From Epithemia pelagica (lineage: Eukaryota > Protista > Bacillariophyta), in NCBI GenBank assembly GCA_946965045.2, contig OX337237.1, positions 2,356,001-2,420,000 of the forward strand: a stretch of DNA of 64,000 nt. Reading direction: 5' to 3'. The position numbers were made by a program, and so were the translations under genes. Positions 33,047 through 43,759 of this stretch are shown piece by piece; the first letter of the stretch is position 1, and every line of letters starts with the position of its first letter. The notes beneath the pieces were generated by a model, which was not told the origin of the DNA, ran no database searches, and saw only the letters and a program-made list of their open reading frames with translations.

Positions 33047-34552
33047 CTATCGACTGGCTTTGTTGGAGTAACCAGGACTGGCGTGTGATTGTTTGCGCAC
33101 TCGGACGAGTTCGCGAATATTGGAAACCCCATTATCATAGACTCGAATGGTTTCCAAGGTCAAAAGGTTGGGATAATTTGTCTCCACAACCCGCCACAAC
33201 TCTTGAGTTCCTCCGCCAACACCAAAGTAATACCGTTTGGTCGCAAGGTAGGCCATCCCCGTTTCCGGTTTTAACCAGCGAGCCAACAAATGGCAAGTTT
33301 CTTGAGCTGATTCTAACGTGTATAAGGTTTCCGCGGCCAAAATCAAATCATACAATTCATCCGAATCCGTCGTTTTGCGATTTACATCACTTATTAAAGT
33401 AGGGCCTTCAGAGCCCTCTCCCAGACCACCGTTGTTCGTTTCGATCCCATTTGAGGGAAGCGGGACGAGACCCAACCAAGCACCCGTTCCAACGTGTACG
33501 CTTTGAGTGAGTTGGTGAGCACATTGTTCCAGGGTGAGAGCTGCGTTGGCATTTGTTTTCTTGGATTCTGGGTCGTCCACCACCTCCATGGTGGTGGTGG
33601 AGTAGCCTGGCGTCTCGTACAACATGGCATGTAAGACATTGAGGACGAGATTGGGTATCGTCACGGTGGATATCACGGGAGTATTATATTCGCAGACATG
33701 GAGTTGGGGAAGCCGCTGCATCGAGTATTTCATGGACTCTTGTTTCAGTCCCTGCTGGTGCAACCAACACTGCCGCAGCAAGTTAATGCTAGGTAAGGCA
33801 TGTCCACATCCCAACTCCAAAATTTTGGGAACTGCATGACCTGCAGGTTCAGTCGGAGGCGTTGTCGTTGTCGTAGGCTCTTCTTCATTGTTGTGCGATC
33901 GACCAAAGAGGAGCGATTGCAACCAGGGTCCATCTACAAGCTCGGGTAGATTGCGAGGATCCATATCCTCGTACTGTGTGTGTTGTGGTTTTCCGGAAAG
34001 AGGAGAGTTGTTGTCTTTCCAAAATAAGCACTGATGTAAATAGCGGACCAAATCCAAACTGCATTCCCAGACTTGCAAACCACCTTCGTAGACACCAGGC
34101 TTCACCACGCTCGTTTGATCGACCACTGTGGTTGTTGATGCCGTCACCTGTGAATGTTCTTGACCTTCCAATGGGGGATGTTCCAACATTTCGGGCATAT
34201 CCACAACCCAACGCAAAAGTCCATCGGATGCCTTTGACGAATCTTCCGGATCTTGTGATAATGGTTCCGCGTTGGACGGATCTAGATTAACCGTTAGTTC
34301 GCGACAGGTGAGTTCGATTTCACATGCTTGTTCCAGAAGTTGCTGTACAACTTCTGGTTTCATCCATACAAAGGGTTGACGGAGCGGGCGGTCCGTGACT
34401 GGTGTGCCAGAGCCACTAGTGTTGTCGTCCTGGTGGCTCCCTTGAACACTGTCGGATGTCGATTCTCGTCCTTGCGCATTCTCTTGGGTACTTGTGGCGA
34501 TTACGGCCTCGTCTGCCTCTGAAGGAATTTGAAAATCAAATGCAAAGGACAT
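33047..34552 (-). CDS. METTL18: METTL18-like methyltransferase, copy 2 (GDW changed to GAW; 7-aa C-terminal extension)
   Basis: Same motifs as copy 1; about 28 amino-acid differences; stop TAA changed to TAC. Confidence 0.8.
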   Translation of the reverse strand: MSFAFDFQIPSEADEAVIATSTQENAQGRESTSDSVQGSHQDDNTSGSGTPVTDRPLRQPFVWMKPEVVQQLLEQACEIELTCRELTVNLDPSNAEPLSQDPEDSSKASDGLLRWVVDMPEMLEHPPLEGQEHSQVTASTTTVVDQTSVVKPGVYEGGLQVWECSLDLVRYLHQCLFWKDNNSPLSGKPQHTQYEDMDPRNLPELVDGPWLQSLLFGRSHNNEEEPTTTTTPPTEPAGHAVPKILELGCGHALPSINLLRQCWLHQQGLKQESMKYSMQRLPQLHVCEYNTPVISTVTIPNLVLNVLHAMLYETPGYSTTTMEVVDDPESKKTNANAALTLEQCAHQLTQSVHVGTGAWLGLVPLPSNGIETNNGGLGEGSEGPTLISDVNRKTTDSDELYDLILAAETLYTLESAQETCHLLARWLKPETGMAYLATKRYYFGVGGGTQELWRVVETNYPNLLTLETIRVYDNGVSNIRELVRVRKQSHASPGYSNKASR

Positions 34553-35020
34553 TATTGGGCCGTGATGATGATGATAACAGGGCAGCCGAAGAGAAACAAA
34601 CTGCTGTTGTGCTGTTTTCCATTCAACCGCACTGCACTGCGTTGCTCACTTCCTAATGTAGAAAATGAATAAGGTCCCGCGAACTGACAAAGACGTTGAG
34701 CAACAGGACAAATTAGCAATCTAAAAGGATGCCGTCATCGTCGGACCGTTTCACATTCCATTGAAAGGATGGGTGGAATGGAATGCTCGGGGGAGATTTT
34801 AAAAACAGCAATACATCTCATCGTTTAGATCTCATTTTTGTTTTTGGTATCCTAAAAACGGTTTCTTAGAAACGATAGAGAGTATTAAGTTCCGTGCCAC
34901 GAAGATCTTTCTGTCACGCACGGTCACACTCGATCGCGAAATGGACAGTTCGAGTGACAACAAGGGGCAAAAGGAAGATTCAACTCCACGGGATGGTCCA
35001 ACTTATTGCTCGTTCAAAGG

Positions 35021-35866
35021 ATGCCGCTTTATAACTGTCAACACATCTCATCATACTCGTCCATGTGGAGATGCCGGGTCCTGTTGAAGCGGTGGCGTCG
35101 GCAAGTATCCTCCTCTATGACGCCCAACCATGGCTCCTGTTCCTTGAAGAATCATCGAATCTGCTGGCTTTCTTCTTCTACTGGTACAAGCAGTAGTTCG
35201 AGTGGGATCCGTCACGAAAAGGACGAATCGACGATGAAGGAACCAGAAGTTTCGTTTTCCAAGAACCATCCGCGGTCTTTGGCGTCCACTCCTCCCACCA
35301 CCGCATCGGAAACGGAAAACGCTCCTCGACCGCGGCGGAAACGCCATCGTTTTGATGGAATGAATGAGATTCCATCATTTCAACAGTTTCAGCAGAAACA
35401 ACAAGTACGAGCACTCTACCGCAAATTCTTGCGATTAATTTACTCCATTGATGAATCGGACAATGATGGTACAAGTACTCGCCGAGAACTCTTGAATCAG
35501 TTGCAGCGACAGTTTCGGCAAAACTACAATAGCGATGGAAGTAGTCCTACTCAAGCTGGTGAAAGTGGTGGATCCACCACCGGAGATTCTGTGAGTGGAT
35601 CTTCGGCATCCATGTCCATGTGGGATATTAAACGAGCCTTGAGCGAAGGAAGCAAACGATACAAGGAAGTATCGGCGATGCTAGGCAATGCCGTCAAGTC
35701 AAAGAAGAAGGCTCGTCAACAGGACAAGGACCAAACTTCTGAGGCATCACCATCGTCACCCAAGCCAATCGCGACAACCGCGTGGCCATGGCAGCAACAA
35801 TCAGAAGAAGAACCAAATGGCATACCCAAGCGTCCTTCGCCATTTCCCAAAAAATCCGGTCTCTAA
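35021..35866 (+). CDS. Mitochondrial LYR-motif protein, copy 2 (identical translation)
   Basis: Translation identical to 25842-26687. Confidence 0.7.
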   Translation: MPLYNCQHISSYSSMWRCRVLLKRWRRQVSSSMTPNHGSCSLKNHRICWLSSSTGTSSSSSGIRHEKDESTMKEPEVSFSKNHPRSLASTPPTTASETENAPRPRRKRHRFDGMNEIPSFQQFQQKQQVRALYRKFLRLIYSIDESDNDGTSTRRELLNQLQRQFRQNYNSDGSSPTQAGESGGSTTGDSVSGSSASMSMWDIKRALSEGSKRYKEVSAMLGNAVKSKKKARQQDKDQTSEASPSSPKPIATTAWPWQQQSEEEPNGIPKRPSPFPKKSGL

Positions 35867-36167
35867 GACAAAGAGACTAAGAGTTAAGGGAATGTAATTG
35901 AAGCGACATGGAACAAACGATGTGGTGGAACCAGCATGGTACTAAGCTCCTAGCCACGAAAATCACAAGGAGGAAATGGTAAGAGTGACTGCCGATCAAG
36001 AAGCCTGACGGAAATATGTTTGGAGTATTCACTTTGCCTTTCAATATGCCCTTCACTATTTTGTGAATGGTCTAAAACAGATGCGGCACAAGAGAAAAGG
36101 GATACTTTGAGATCTCGAAGAGTAAAATCATGCGGCATCTAGTCACTTCACGTTATGCATATCAGTT

Positions 36168-37163
36168 TCATGCTGTTTTCTTTTGAGACACCGAGATATA
36201 ATCGACTTCCATTGTGTGCTCGGTAAAGTTTTCGTCGGGGGCAGATCCCCACTCGGGATGCAGGGCGTTATTCAAGATAAGATAAAAGGGATTGTCCTCA
36301 GTGTACGGCCAGTTATTTACGTTGGAATCTGCAGGACGATTGTATCGTCCAATTTCCTCGCCGTCATGGGAAAAGGAAATAAAATCAGGCGTCCATTCCA
36401 TGGTATACAAGTGCCAATCCTTGGTAAGGAAGTTCTCCGTCCCATGAAACGAAAGTGCGTCACCGCCATGTCGATCCTGAAAATGAAGGGTAGCAGGGGT
36501 ATAATTCCATATGGATTGATATTCGAAGAAATCAATCTCGCCACACAGCGGCCAATTGACATTTGGGTCATCTTTCTTGAGGGATAAGGCCCACACAGCC
36601 GCAAAAGGACCATCAATGTGATCTTTAATTCGGATTCTTGCTTCGACCTTACCATAGGCAAACGAGAAGGTGTCTCGGGTCACCAGGCGGGCCGATGTGT
36701 AAGGGTATTCCGATGAAGGATCCTCCTTGACGATACGAACATGAAGACTACCATTCTCGGTAAAGGCATTGGAAGGTGAATCGGTGTAATATTGCTGCTC
36801 TCCATTCCCCCACCCTGAGTTATTAGGGCCTCTGCCAATGTCAAATCCCCAAACATCAAGATTCAAGGGACCGTCAAAGTCGTCCCGGAATACCTCTTGG
36901 TAGTCGTCATTGGTCAAGGACGAGTGAAGAGATGACGAGCAAAACGAACGACCACAAAATGTGAGAAAGGAAGGGTAGCGATCCGTGAAACGTTGCGACT
37001 TGTAATCAAACCCATGAGAACTTAAGCTTGATGACTTGCTTAAGGTGGAATGAGAAACAAAGGATGGGTGTTTCGCTGGCGAATACAAGTTACTGAACCC
37101 AATCACTCCTTGTTGAGAACACAAGATTAGACAGATGGGAACAAACTGAATGGTCCACGACAT
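36168..37163 (-). CDS. GH16 beta-1,3-glucanase, copy 2
   Basis: Translation identical to copy 1. Confidence 0.9.
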   Translation of the reverse strand: MSWTIQFVPICLILCSQQGVIGFSNLYSPAKHPSFVSHSTLSKSSSLSSHGFDYKSQRFTDRYPSFLTFCGRSFCSSSLHSSLTNDDYQEVFRDDFDGPLNLDVWGFDIGRGPNNSGWGNGEQQYYTDSPSNAFTENGSLHVRIVKEDPSSEYPYTSARLVTRDTFSFAYGKVEARIRIKDHIDGPFAAVWALSLKKDDPNVNWPLCGEIDFFEYQSIWNYTPATLHFQDRHGGDALSFHGTENFLTKDWHLYTMEWTPDFISFSHDGEEIGRYNRPADSNVNNWPYTEDNPFYLILNNALHPEWGSAPDENFTEHTMEVDYISVSQKKTA

Positions 37164-37584
37164 CGTTATTGCGTGCCATGTAGTATACTTTTGGATGGTT
37201 GCGAGTTGCGAATGGTATAAGACCAAGTTTTGTGAGAACAAGAAAGTTTTACATTGTGGGTTCGGCTGTCTGTCGCTCGACAGAGATGCAGGGATATCAT
37301 ACGATCTTACCCCGTACACGTGCACGATACAAACAGCTGGCCACTCGCGTGGCTTCAAAGTCGTGACTAAAAGGATTCGGAACAAGATGCAGCCACATGC
37401 ATCCAAGATCCAAGGCAATCCTGTGTGCAGTTGCACAGAGTGACCAATCACTCAACAGAGCAAGAGCGTAAGAAGGTACTGTTTGGATTCGGGCTTTCAC
37501 GCTTTCCCTCCACAAAGGTCGACGAGGATCACACAAAAACCAATTTTGGAGATCATTCACTTTTTCTCACCAGTCACATTCATT

Positions 37585-38265
37585 ATGCTTGTAAAAGCCA
37601 CTTCTATTGTCGTTGGTCTTTTGGCGAGCCATGTGTCCTGTTTCAGCCCCGTCCCTAAATCTTCTATTTCGTCAACCACAAGGAATACAGGCCTAAAAAG
37701 TTCGACTGAAAGTACGGAGTACCCCTTTCGTCCCACAGAGCAGTCATGGTACCAATACTACGGCCTTGAGGCAGATTTTTCGACCGTCGGTGTTCCTCAA
37801 GAAACCATCGACGCATTGGTCCAAAAGTCGATTGATTACATTGCTCTTCGGGAGGAAACATTTCCGGACATTTCTGAAGAATACACCCTCGAGATGATTG
37901 AACAAGAAAACAAGGAATGGTTTCCGACTCATTGCGGTACCTACTTTGCAGGCCGTGGGGATCTAAACGAGCAGGAATACAACACCAATGTGGTGTATCA
38001 CATGTCGGATGGAATCATCGTGGGTGCCGAAGCATCGCATGCTCGTGAGGCTCAGTGGCCACTCGGTCCCCCTAACAACATGTTATGGCCCCTTGTCCAA
38101 TTTTGGGGTGAGATGGTGTACTTTGAATGGATCTATTTGGATCAGTATACAGGAGAAATGCTCGCCAAGGGAAGCTGTACCATGGCCCGACGCGGTCACC
38201 GCGGTGGTATCTACTACAAATCCGAGCAGCTCTCATTCTTCAGAGATGTGTACCGAAAGGAGTAG
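37585..38265 (+). CDS. SnoaL-like uncharacterised protein, copy 2
   Basis: Translation identical to copy 1; two silent changes near the 3' end. Confidence 0.6.
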   Translation: MLVKATSIVVGLLASHVSCFSPVPKSSISSTTRNTGLKSSTESTEYPFRPTEQSWYQYYGLEADFSTVGVPQETIDALVQKSIDYIALREETFPDISEEYTLEMIEQENKEWFPTHCGTYFAGRGDLNEQEYNTNVVYHMSDGIIVGAEASHAREAQWPLGPPNNMLWPLVQFWGEMVYFEWIYLDQYTGEMLAKGSCTMARRGHRGGIYYKSEQLSFFRDVYRKE

Positions 38266-39490
38266 TTCCAGAGATAAAATAGAAAGCTCATTGTGGTTGA
38301 TGTATTGAATTCCATTTTCTTTGTTGGATAGGGGAAAGGAACTTCTCATGTAGGCTGGTCGATGGCCTGTGAAGGTCGAATCAGAGTCAATTGGTGGTGG
38401 ATCATGGGAGAGGGCGAGTCATTCCGCATAGAGCGTATTCGTGACGTAGGTTGCTGGGAAAAGCGACCGCTCATGGAGCATGGAATGCCCATCGAACAGT
38501 TCATGAAGTCCTCTATTCACGACTTTCGACGCTATCTTTTCCTCTATATTGAGTGCAGCCTATCGACGTCGCCTTCTCGTGGATATAGGTCGATTCTCTT
38601 TCGTACTCGTAGTTGGTTATGGAGTCCTCTAATCACGACTTTTAAGGCTATCTTTTCTTCTGTTCAAGATTGCTCATGAATAGTGAATGCTGGAGATGAA
38701 TTCTCCTCGCGGGAGATCACGGAGTCCTCTAATCACGACTTTCGGTGTTATCTTTTCTTATGCTCAGGCTGTCTCAAGCACCGTCAGCCGACCATGTCGA
38801 TTGTTGATACGATCGAATCTGGGAAGGGGCTAGCCTGCATCCGACACAGGGAATCGTTGGCTACGTCGTCTCTTTCGAGCAGCACGAAATTCTGAACAGA
38901 TGGACCCAACAGCAGGACATAGATGGCCTGAGCCAACCAAAGTGAGACACGGTGACGAACAAATCTGGGGATTGTTCTGTCATCCATTGTTCCCTAGTCA
39001 CGATTTTCACTGCGGTCAGCTACGTAGAAAGATCGGTCTTGGAAATCACGACATGTCCTTTAATCACGTCTTTGGAAGGCCATTCCGAGAACAATTTTAT
39101 GTTACGTGGACCGTTCGTGTTCGCAATCTTTTCCACCCTGCGTGTGGGTGTTTTGCCTCTACAACGTATTGTAGGCTATGCACGCGTGATAGGCCATGTG
39201 AGATAATAGAGACACGTGTCCATTCAGTGAAACGCGGGGGGGCAACCCCCCCAACAAGACCATGTCTCGAAATTTGCTTCGTCATCGATGATACTCCCTC
39301 CTTTTCTTCCCAACAATCAGCGACATCAACAGTAGCACAAGGACAAGTCGAAAAGATATAATCACGACTTTAAAAATCAAGACTAATCCTCTACTTGGAA
39401 AGATCTTTGCGCGAAACTCAATGGATACCAAGATTTGTGTTCGAATGAACGTCTCATTACGTGAGCTCATAAATTCACACTTGCAAGTGA

Positions 39491-40897
39491 ATGAAACACA
39501 ATATGAAATTCTCAAACGCTGCTTTTCTGACCCTCCTCAGCTCGGTGTCCGCGCCATGGGCCTCTGCTTTTGTACCCGGTGTGGCACCTCGACGCCCCGT
39601 GGCATTTGCACCGAGTGCCATCCAAGAACAAGGCTCATTGTTCCGTTCGCTGGTAGCCTCTGAACTGTGGGCAGCATCCACGGATACAATTCCGGCAACT
39701 GGAACCGTCACGGCAACGGACACCACGTGGACATTGAACTTCGTACATACGCTTGCTGACATTGACGCTGGAAAGCCCCAATGGTCTGAAGATGTTCCCG
39801 CTATCCAGCTTGCCAACGACGTCGGCGTGACGGTGACCGCCATGCCAAAGGGGGCAAACATGGTTGAATTGTCTCTTGGTGGAAAGAACTTTGTATGGGA
39901 GAACAAGGAGGGTGCCACCTACTATGGAGAAGGCTCTGATGCTTTCCCCCTGACCCGTGGACTCATCTTGAACGGCGGCATTCGGTTCGCCGCCGTGTGT
40001 GCGGAACACGGATTGTACTACGACACGGATTGGGACATGACCTGGGAAGGTACGGACGATGAAAAGAGCATCTTGTTGTCGATTACGGACACCGCAGAGC
40101 AACGTGCCAAAGTTGGTGATCCCTTGAACGTTGGACAATGGAACCGTGAAGATCAAGCAGGCAAGGAAATTCCAGGCACCATGACCAAGTACCCCGTGAC
40201 CAACATGAAATTCACTTACAAGATCACCTTGAAGGCAGGTGAAGATTTTGTACGACTCTCCATGACCGTGGAGAACCCAACTGACCAAGGCGCCAATGCC
40301 GAAGCATGGCTCCCCATGACCTTCCCGATCGACGCGGACTCGGAGATTCTGTCTCGTCAAGTCACTCGCTGGCGTCGTGATGAATCGTGGAATGGTTTCC
40401 TTCCCAACGTGATCCGTTGGGCCGACATTGGACAGTACGGCTACGATTTCAATAAGCCCCTCAGCTGGCCTGAGTCTGGTATCTTCTACGATTTCCCCGA
40501 GAAGCAAGGCACCTACCACGGTTGCACGGTCGACGAGCCTGGCAAGGGCGTCGTTTACTATGCCCCAGAAACCAGCTCCCATTACACCAAGATGTGGGGC
40601 TGGGGAGATCCAGCCAACTTTGACCGTCAGGATGCCATTGTCAACGATCCGTTGGCCGCCGGACGTCCCTACTCTGAGTACTATGAACCTTGGAGCAGTG
40701 GCTTCAACTTTGCCTTTTTCCAGACGACGGAATTCAAGCCCAAGATGAAATACAACTGGGAAGTCGCTGTCCTCCCGATCCCGGCTGGTCTCACGGGAGA
40801 CTTGGAAGCCAAGCTTACCGCTGTTGAAGGTCACATTGAAGATCGCAAAGACAAACTTGCGTCCATTGCCGATGTCACCGCAACTCCTATGGAGTAG
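39491..40897 (+). CDS. DUF5107-like plastid-targeted protein, copy 2 (V to M at the penultimate residue)
   Basis: Identical to copy 1 except G to A at 40889. Confidence 0.7.
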   Translation: MKHNMKFSNAAFLTLLSSVSAPWASAFVPGVAPRRPVAFAPSAIQEQGSLFRSLVASELWAASTDTIPATGTVTATDTTWTLNFVHTLADIDAGKPQWSEDVPAIQLANDVGVTVTAMPKGANMVELSLGGKNFVWENKEGATYYGEGSDAFPLTRGLILNGGIRFAAVCAEHGLYYDTDWDMTWEGTDDEKSILLSITDTAEQRAKVGDPLNVGQWNREDQAGKEIPGTMTKYPVTNMKFTYKITLKAGEDFVRLSMTVENPTDQGANAEAWLPMTFPIDADSEILSRQVTRWRRDESWNGFLPNVIRWADIGQYGYDFNKPLSWPESGIFYDFPEKQGTYHGCTVDEPGKGVVYYAPETSSHYTKMWGWGDPANFDRQDAIVNDPLAAGRPYSEYYEPWSSGFNFAFFQTTEFKPKMKYNWEVAVLPIPAGLTGDLEAKLTAVEGHIEDRKDKLASIADVTATPME

Positions 40898-41438
40898 ATA
40901 GAGAACCCAAGCCATCATATTAGGCAAAGTCTTTCGGCCCAAAACACTTGTTTCTCTCGTCTCTGCATTGACTGCACCTCGTATTCGTCGGCGTCTGTAA
41001 TACACTCCAGGAAAAGCTTGTTCATCTCCCGGTCTCCTTGTCAGGGGGCAGACTTGGGCGTTATGGTAGGAACCAAAACGTCGCAGCTACTCGTTTACTT
41101 CTACAGCTCGTCTTGGAAAGATAGAAATTGAAATGTATCAGCTACTCATTTGCTTCCGCAGATCTTCTTGAAGTTGTTGTTGTTTCATCAACCTGTTGAA
41201 CGCTTTTTAGCCCGTCCAAGGAGTAAATGCTACAAGTAAGGGTTCGCAGCTGTACATGCTGGGATCCAAGTTCTCATTCATAACATGACATCTCTGGCAA
41301 TCCCATATGTTCTTGGATGAACCCAAAACTGGTGGAACTACAGAAGGGCATTGGGTGTCCATGTCAACCTTGTCGAAGTAAGGAAAAAGGGAATGCGTGC
41401 GAAAGTGATAATCGACAAAACTTGTTCTCTATATCTCA

Positions 41439-41879
41439 TCACTGGTCCGATGACAGTTTGGAAGTTTCATCCCGGAGTTTTTCCAGCTGAACTTGTTGCT
41501 CTTTTGATAATTGCACATTCTCTGGCAGATCAGCTCCGAACTGAATGGTAGCAGTCTCGTCGCTTGGAAGATTGGAATCAGAAGAATTAATGGAATCGTC
41601 TCCCTTCATTTGTTCTCCTGTACTGGTAATTTGGTGCAAATATTTTTCCCATTCCGTACAAAAGGTTGCCAATTGTTCGGGTGTCGTGGTTTTGGTGGAA
41701 GTGGAAGAATCTCCTCCTTCGGCTGGTTGTTTCTTGGCGTGCAATCGGAATTCAGACTTGACATAGGCATCACCCAATGATCTCATGTCTGTCGGAAGGT
41801 ATTGACGATGTGCCCTCAGTAATGATCGATACAGGTTGACCACCTGTCGGGATGCGGCAACAGACGACGCCATGGTCAT
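41439..41879 (-). CDS. SDHAF3: Succinate dehydrogenase assembly factor 3 (ACN9/Sdh7, LYR family)
   Basis: 'LYRSLLRAHRQYLPTDMRSLGDAYVKSEFRLH', 'F..EWEKY', 'LSKEQQVQLEKL'. Confidence 0.9.
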   Translation of the reverse strand: MTMASSVAASRQVVNLYRSLLRAHRQYLPTDMRSLGDAYVKSEFRLHAKKQPAEGGDSSTSTKTTTPEQLATFCTEWEKYLHQITSTGEQMKGDDSINSSDSNLPSDETATIQFGADLPENVQLSKEQQVQLEKLRDETSKLSSDQ

Positions 41880-42245
41880 TGGTATATCTTTTGGTCGACT
41901 GTTTTCTCCTTCGTTCTGCGAGCAGGGCTGGTAAATCCCGGCGGCTTGTATTCATAAAGATTCGTAAAACTGTTACTCCATCAGTGCTTTCACCTCGGTA
42001 GAAAGTTGTGGTCATGATTCCCGCCCCCAAGAAAAGGGAAAGGGGGTACTGATAGGAGACCTAGTTTCAAGGAAAAGGTTCCCAAAGTAACCTCATCATC
42101 TCTATTGAACCTCTATCTAGGTCTAGGGCATGTTCGTATCGTCCATCGTAGATGTCGCAAAAATACAACTGCAGAACGGTTAGCATTCTTCCTATGCAGA
42201 GCATCGTGGGACGACAAAGTAGATCTCTTCATAGCAAAAGCCCTG

Positions 42246-43317
42246 TCACCAAACAAGGGGAATGACGGCCGTCCGTTCCTTGGGATAGTCCTGACCAAAG
42301 TAAGTCTGGTACCAGGCATGTTGTGCCACGCCACGGGGAATGAGGTTGCAAGACGTATAAATACATAAAGAGACAGAAACCAAGGACCACTGACACGCCA
42401 TGGCAAATCCAGTCCACTCCAGTATTTCTCCAAAATAATGCGGTGTCGAACACCAGCGAAACAATCCACCATAGGGAATGCGATAATAACTTGTCGTCGT
42501 TGTATTCGTGGTGCGGCTTTGCAGCGCTTCTTGTTTGACACGTCGCAAAATGGCATCCGATTGTAAATTGATCATGGCTCCTGTCACGGCCAAGGCCATT
42601 CCCACAAGGAATTGTCCATGATAGATCCAATCCGTGGGAAATGTTTGATACTTTAAGAGGAAACGGCATTGAATACTGTTCACAGAAAGGACACCCAAGA
42701 TAAATGAAAGAAACCAATCATGAGATGACCATCATCACTTCAACTTTGACTTTTGCAACATGGCAGAGTGGGTAGGTGACATGGAAAACACAGCGGAGCA
42801 AACAGCAACCTGGGTCATGAATCATGTTGTAAAGCGCCCTGAAAAGGACGGTGGATCCAAGAAAGAAACTGTAGGGGCACACATACAAAACTTACTATCC
42901 ATTGCAGGTGCAAAACACGAGAGCCGAGACAAAGACCAGTAAAGGCACCGGCTTTGAGGCCGAGGAGGACATACACAATGGATAGTAAATGCCTCGTTGT
43001 AAATAATGAAGGGTGAAAAAGGCAAACAAAATGACATTGGGTAGGGACGAGATGGCTGGTTGTTCTTGTAGCTTCCAAATCCAACAGCAACCAGCCCAAA
43101 GTAGATTCGGCGATTCAAAGAGCATCCAAGACCATTTCGCAGGGAATCGAGGTCCCAACGACCGTGTCATCCAGTTCTTTTGTTGTTCTTGTGGCAGCAA
43201 TTTTCCGTATGGCGATGGAATCCAAAAGAACAAAATGAGAAAAATAGGAATCGAGACAGCCAGATTGGACCAAGCAATCCATGCAATCAGTGTTGTTTCT
43301 CCTGGAACCTCCATCAT
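42246..43317 (-). CDS. Steroid 5-alpha-reductase (SRD5A/DET2-like); exons 43317-42896, 42675-42246
   Basis: 'SPYGK', 'WMLFESP', 'HYLQR', spliced 'NGYIQ', 'INLQSDAIL', 'YRIPYGGLF', 'PHYFGEILEW', 'HAWYQTYF...YPKERTAVIP'; 220-bp GT-AG intron 42676-42895. Confidence 0.92.
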
Positions 43318-43759
43318 ACTCCCCCGTAACAGTCAAAACAAAAATTGGTTCTCTGGCACGCCCGAAAAACAACTCTACAGGTAGTTCTGTTGTCTGTTCC
43401 GTCTCGGTTTGTGAACATCAAACGTTCCATTTTTATTTTTGAAATGGGGTTGAAGGACGCGCTCTGGACTGTCGATGGGAGTGTCGCTCGTAATATCGAG
43501 ATGGCACCGCATGGGTCACTGATGGGAGAGTCACTAGGAATCCTATCCCCACCATGATCAAAATAGAGACCATCGACAGCCACCCTGCTGTGTCTCATTA
43601 CAACTTCATCTATTCCTCTTATGGGATAGTGTATGGGTATTGCAACCATTGCTCTTTTCTCTTGAACATCTTGCTTGATTTCAGTACACAGGAAGCAAAG
43701 CAAGACAACAGACGCACTCATTTTGAGAACAACATACGTACGGTACGTACACACGAAAG

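Larger units (their letters stand above)
31803..40984 (+). repeat. Tandem segmental duplication, copy 2
   Basis: Ends at gcacctcgTAT|tcgtcg (40984); 3-bp TAT microhomology shared by both ends and the junction. Confidence 0.97.

Noticed and set aside
22624-40984. Duplicated cassette as a tandem Helitron or cargo-carrying transposon
   Set aside because: No 5'-TC/3'-CTRR ends, terminal hairpin, TIRs, target-site duplication or Rep/transposase gene; the microhomology junction explains it more simply.
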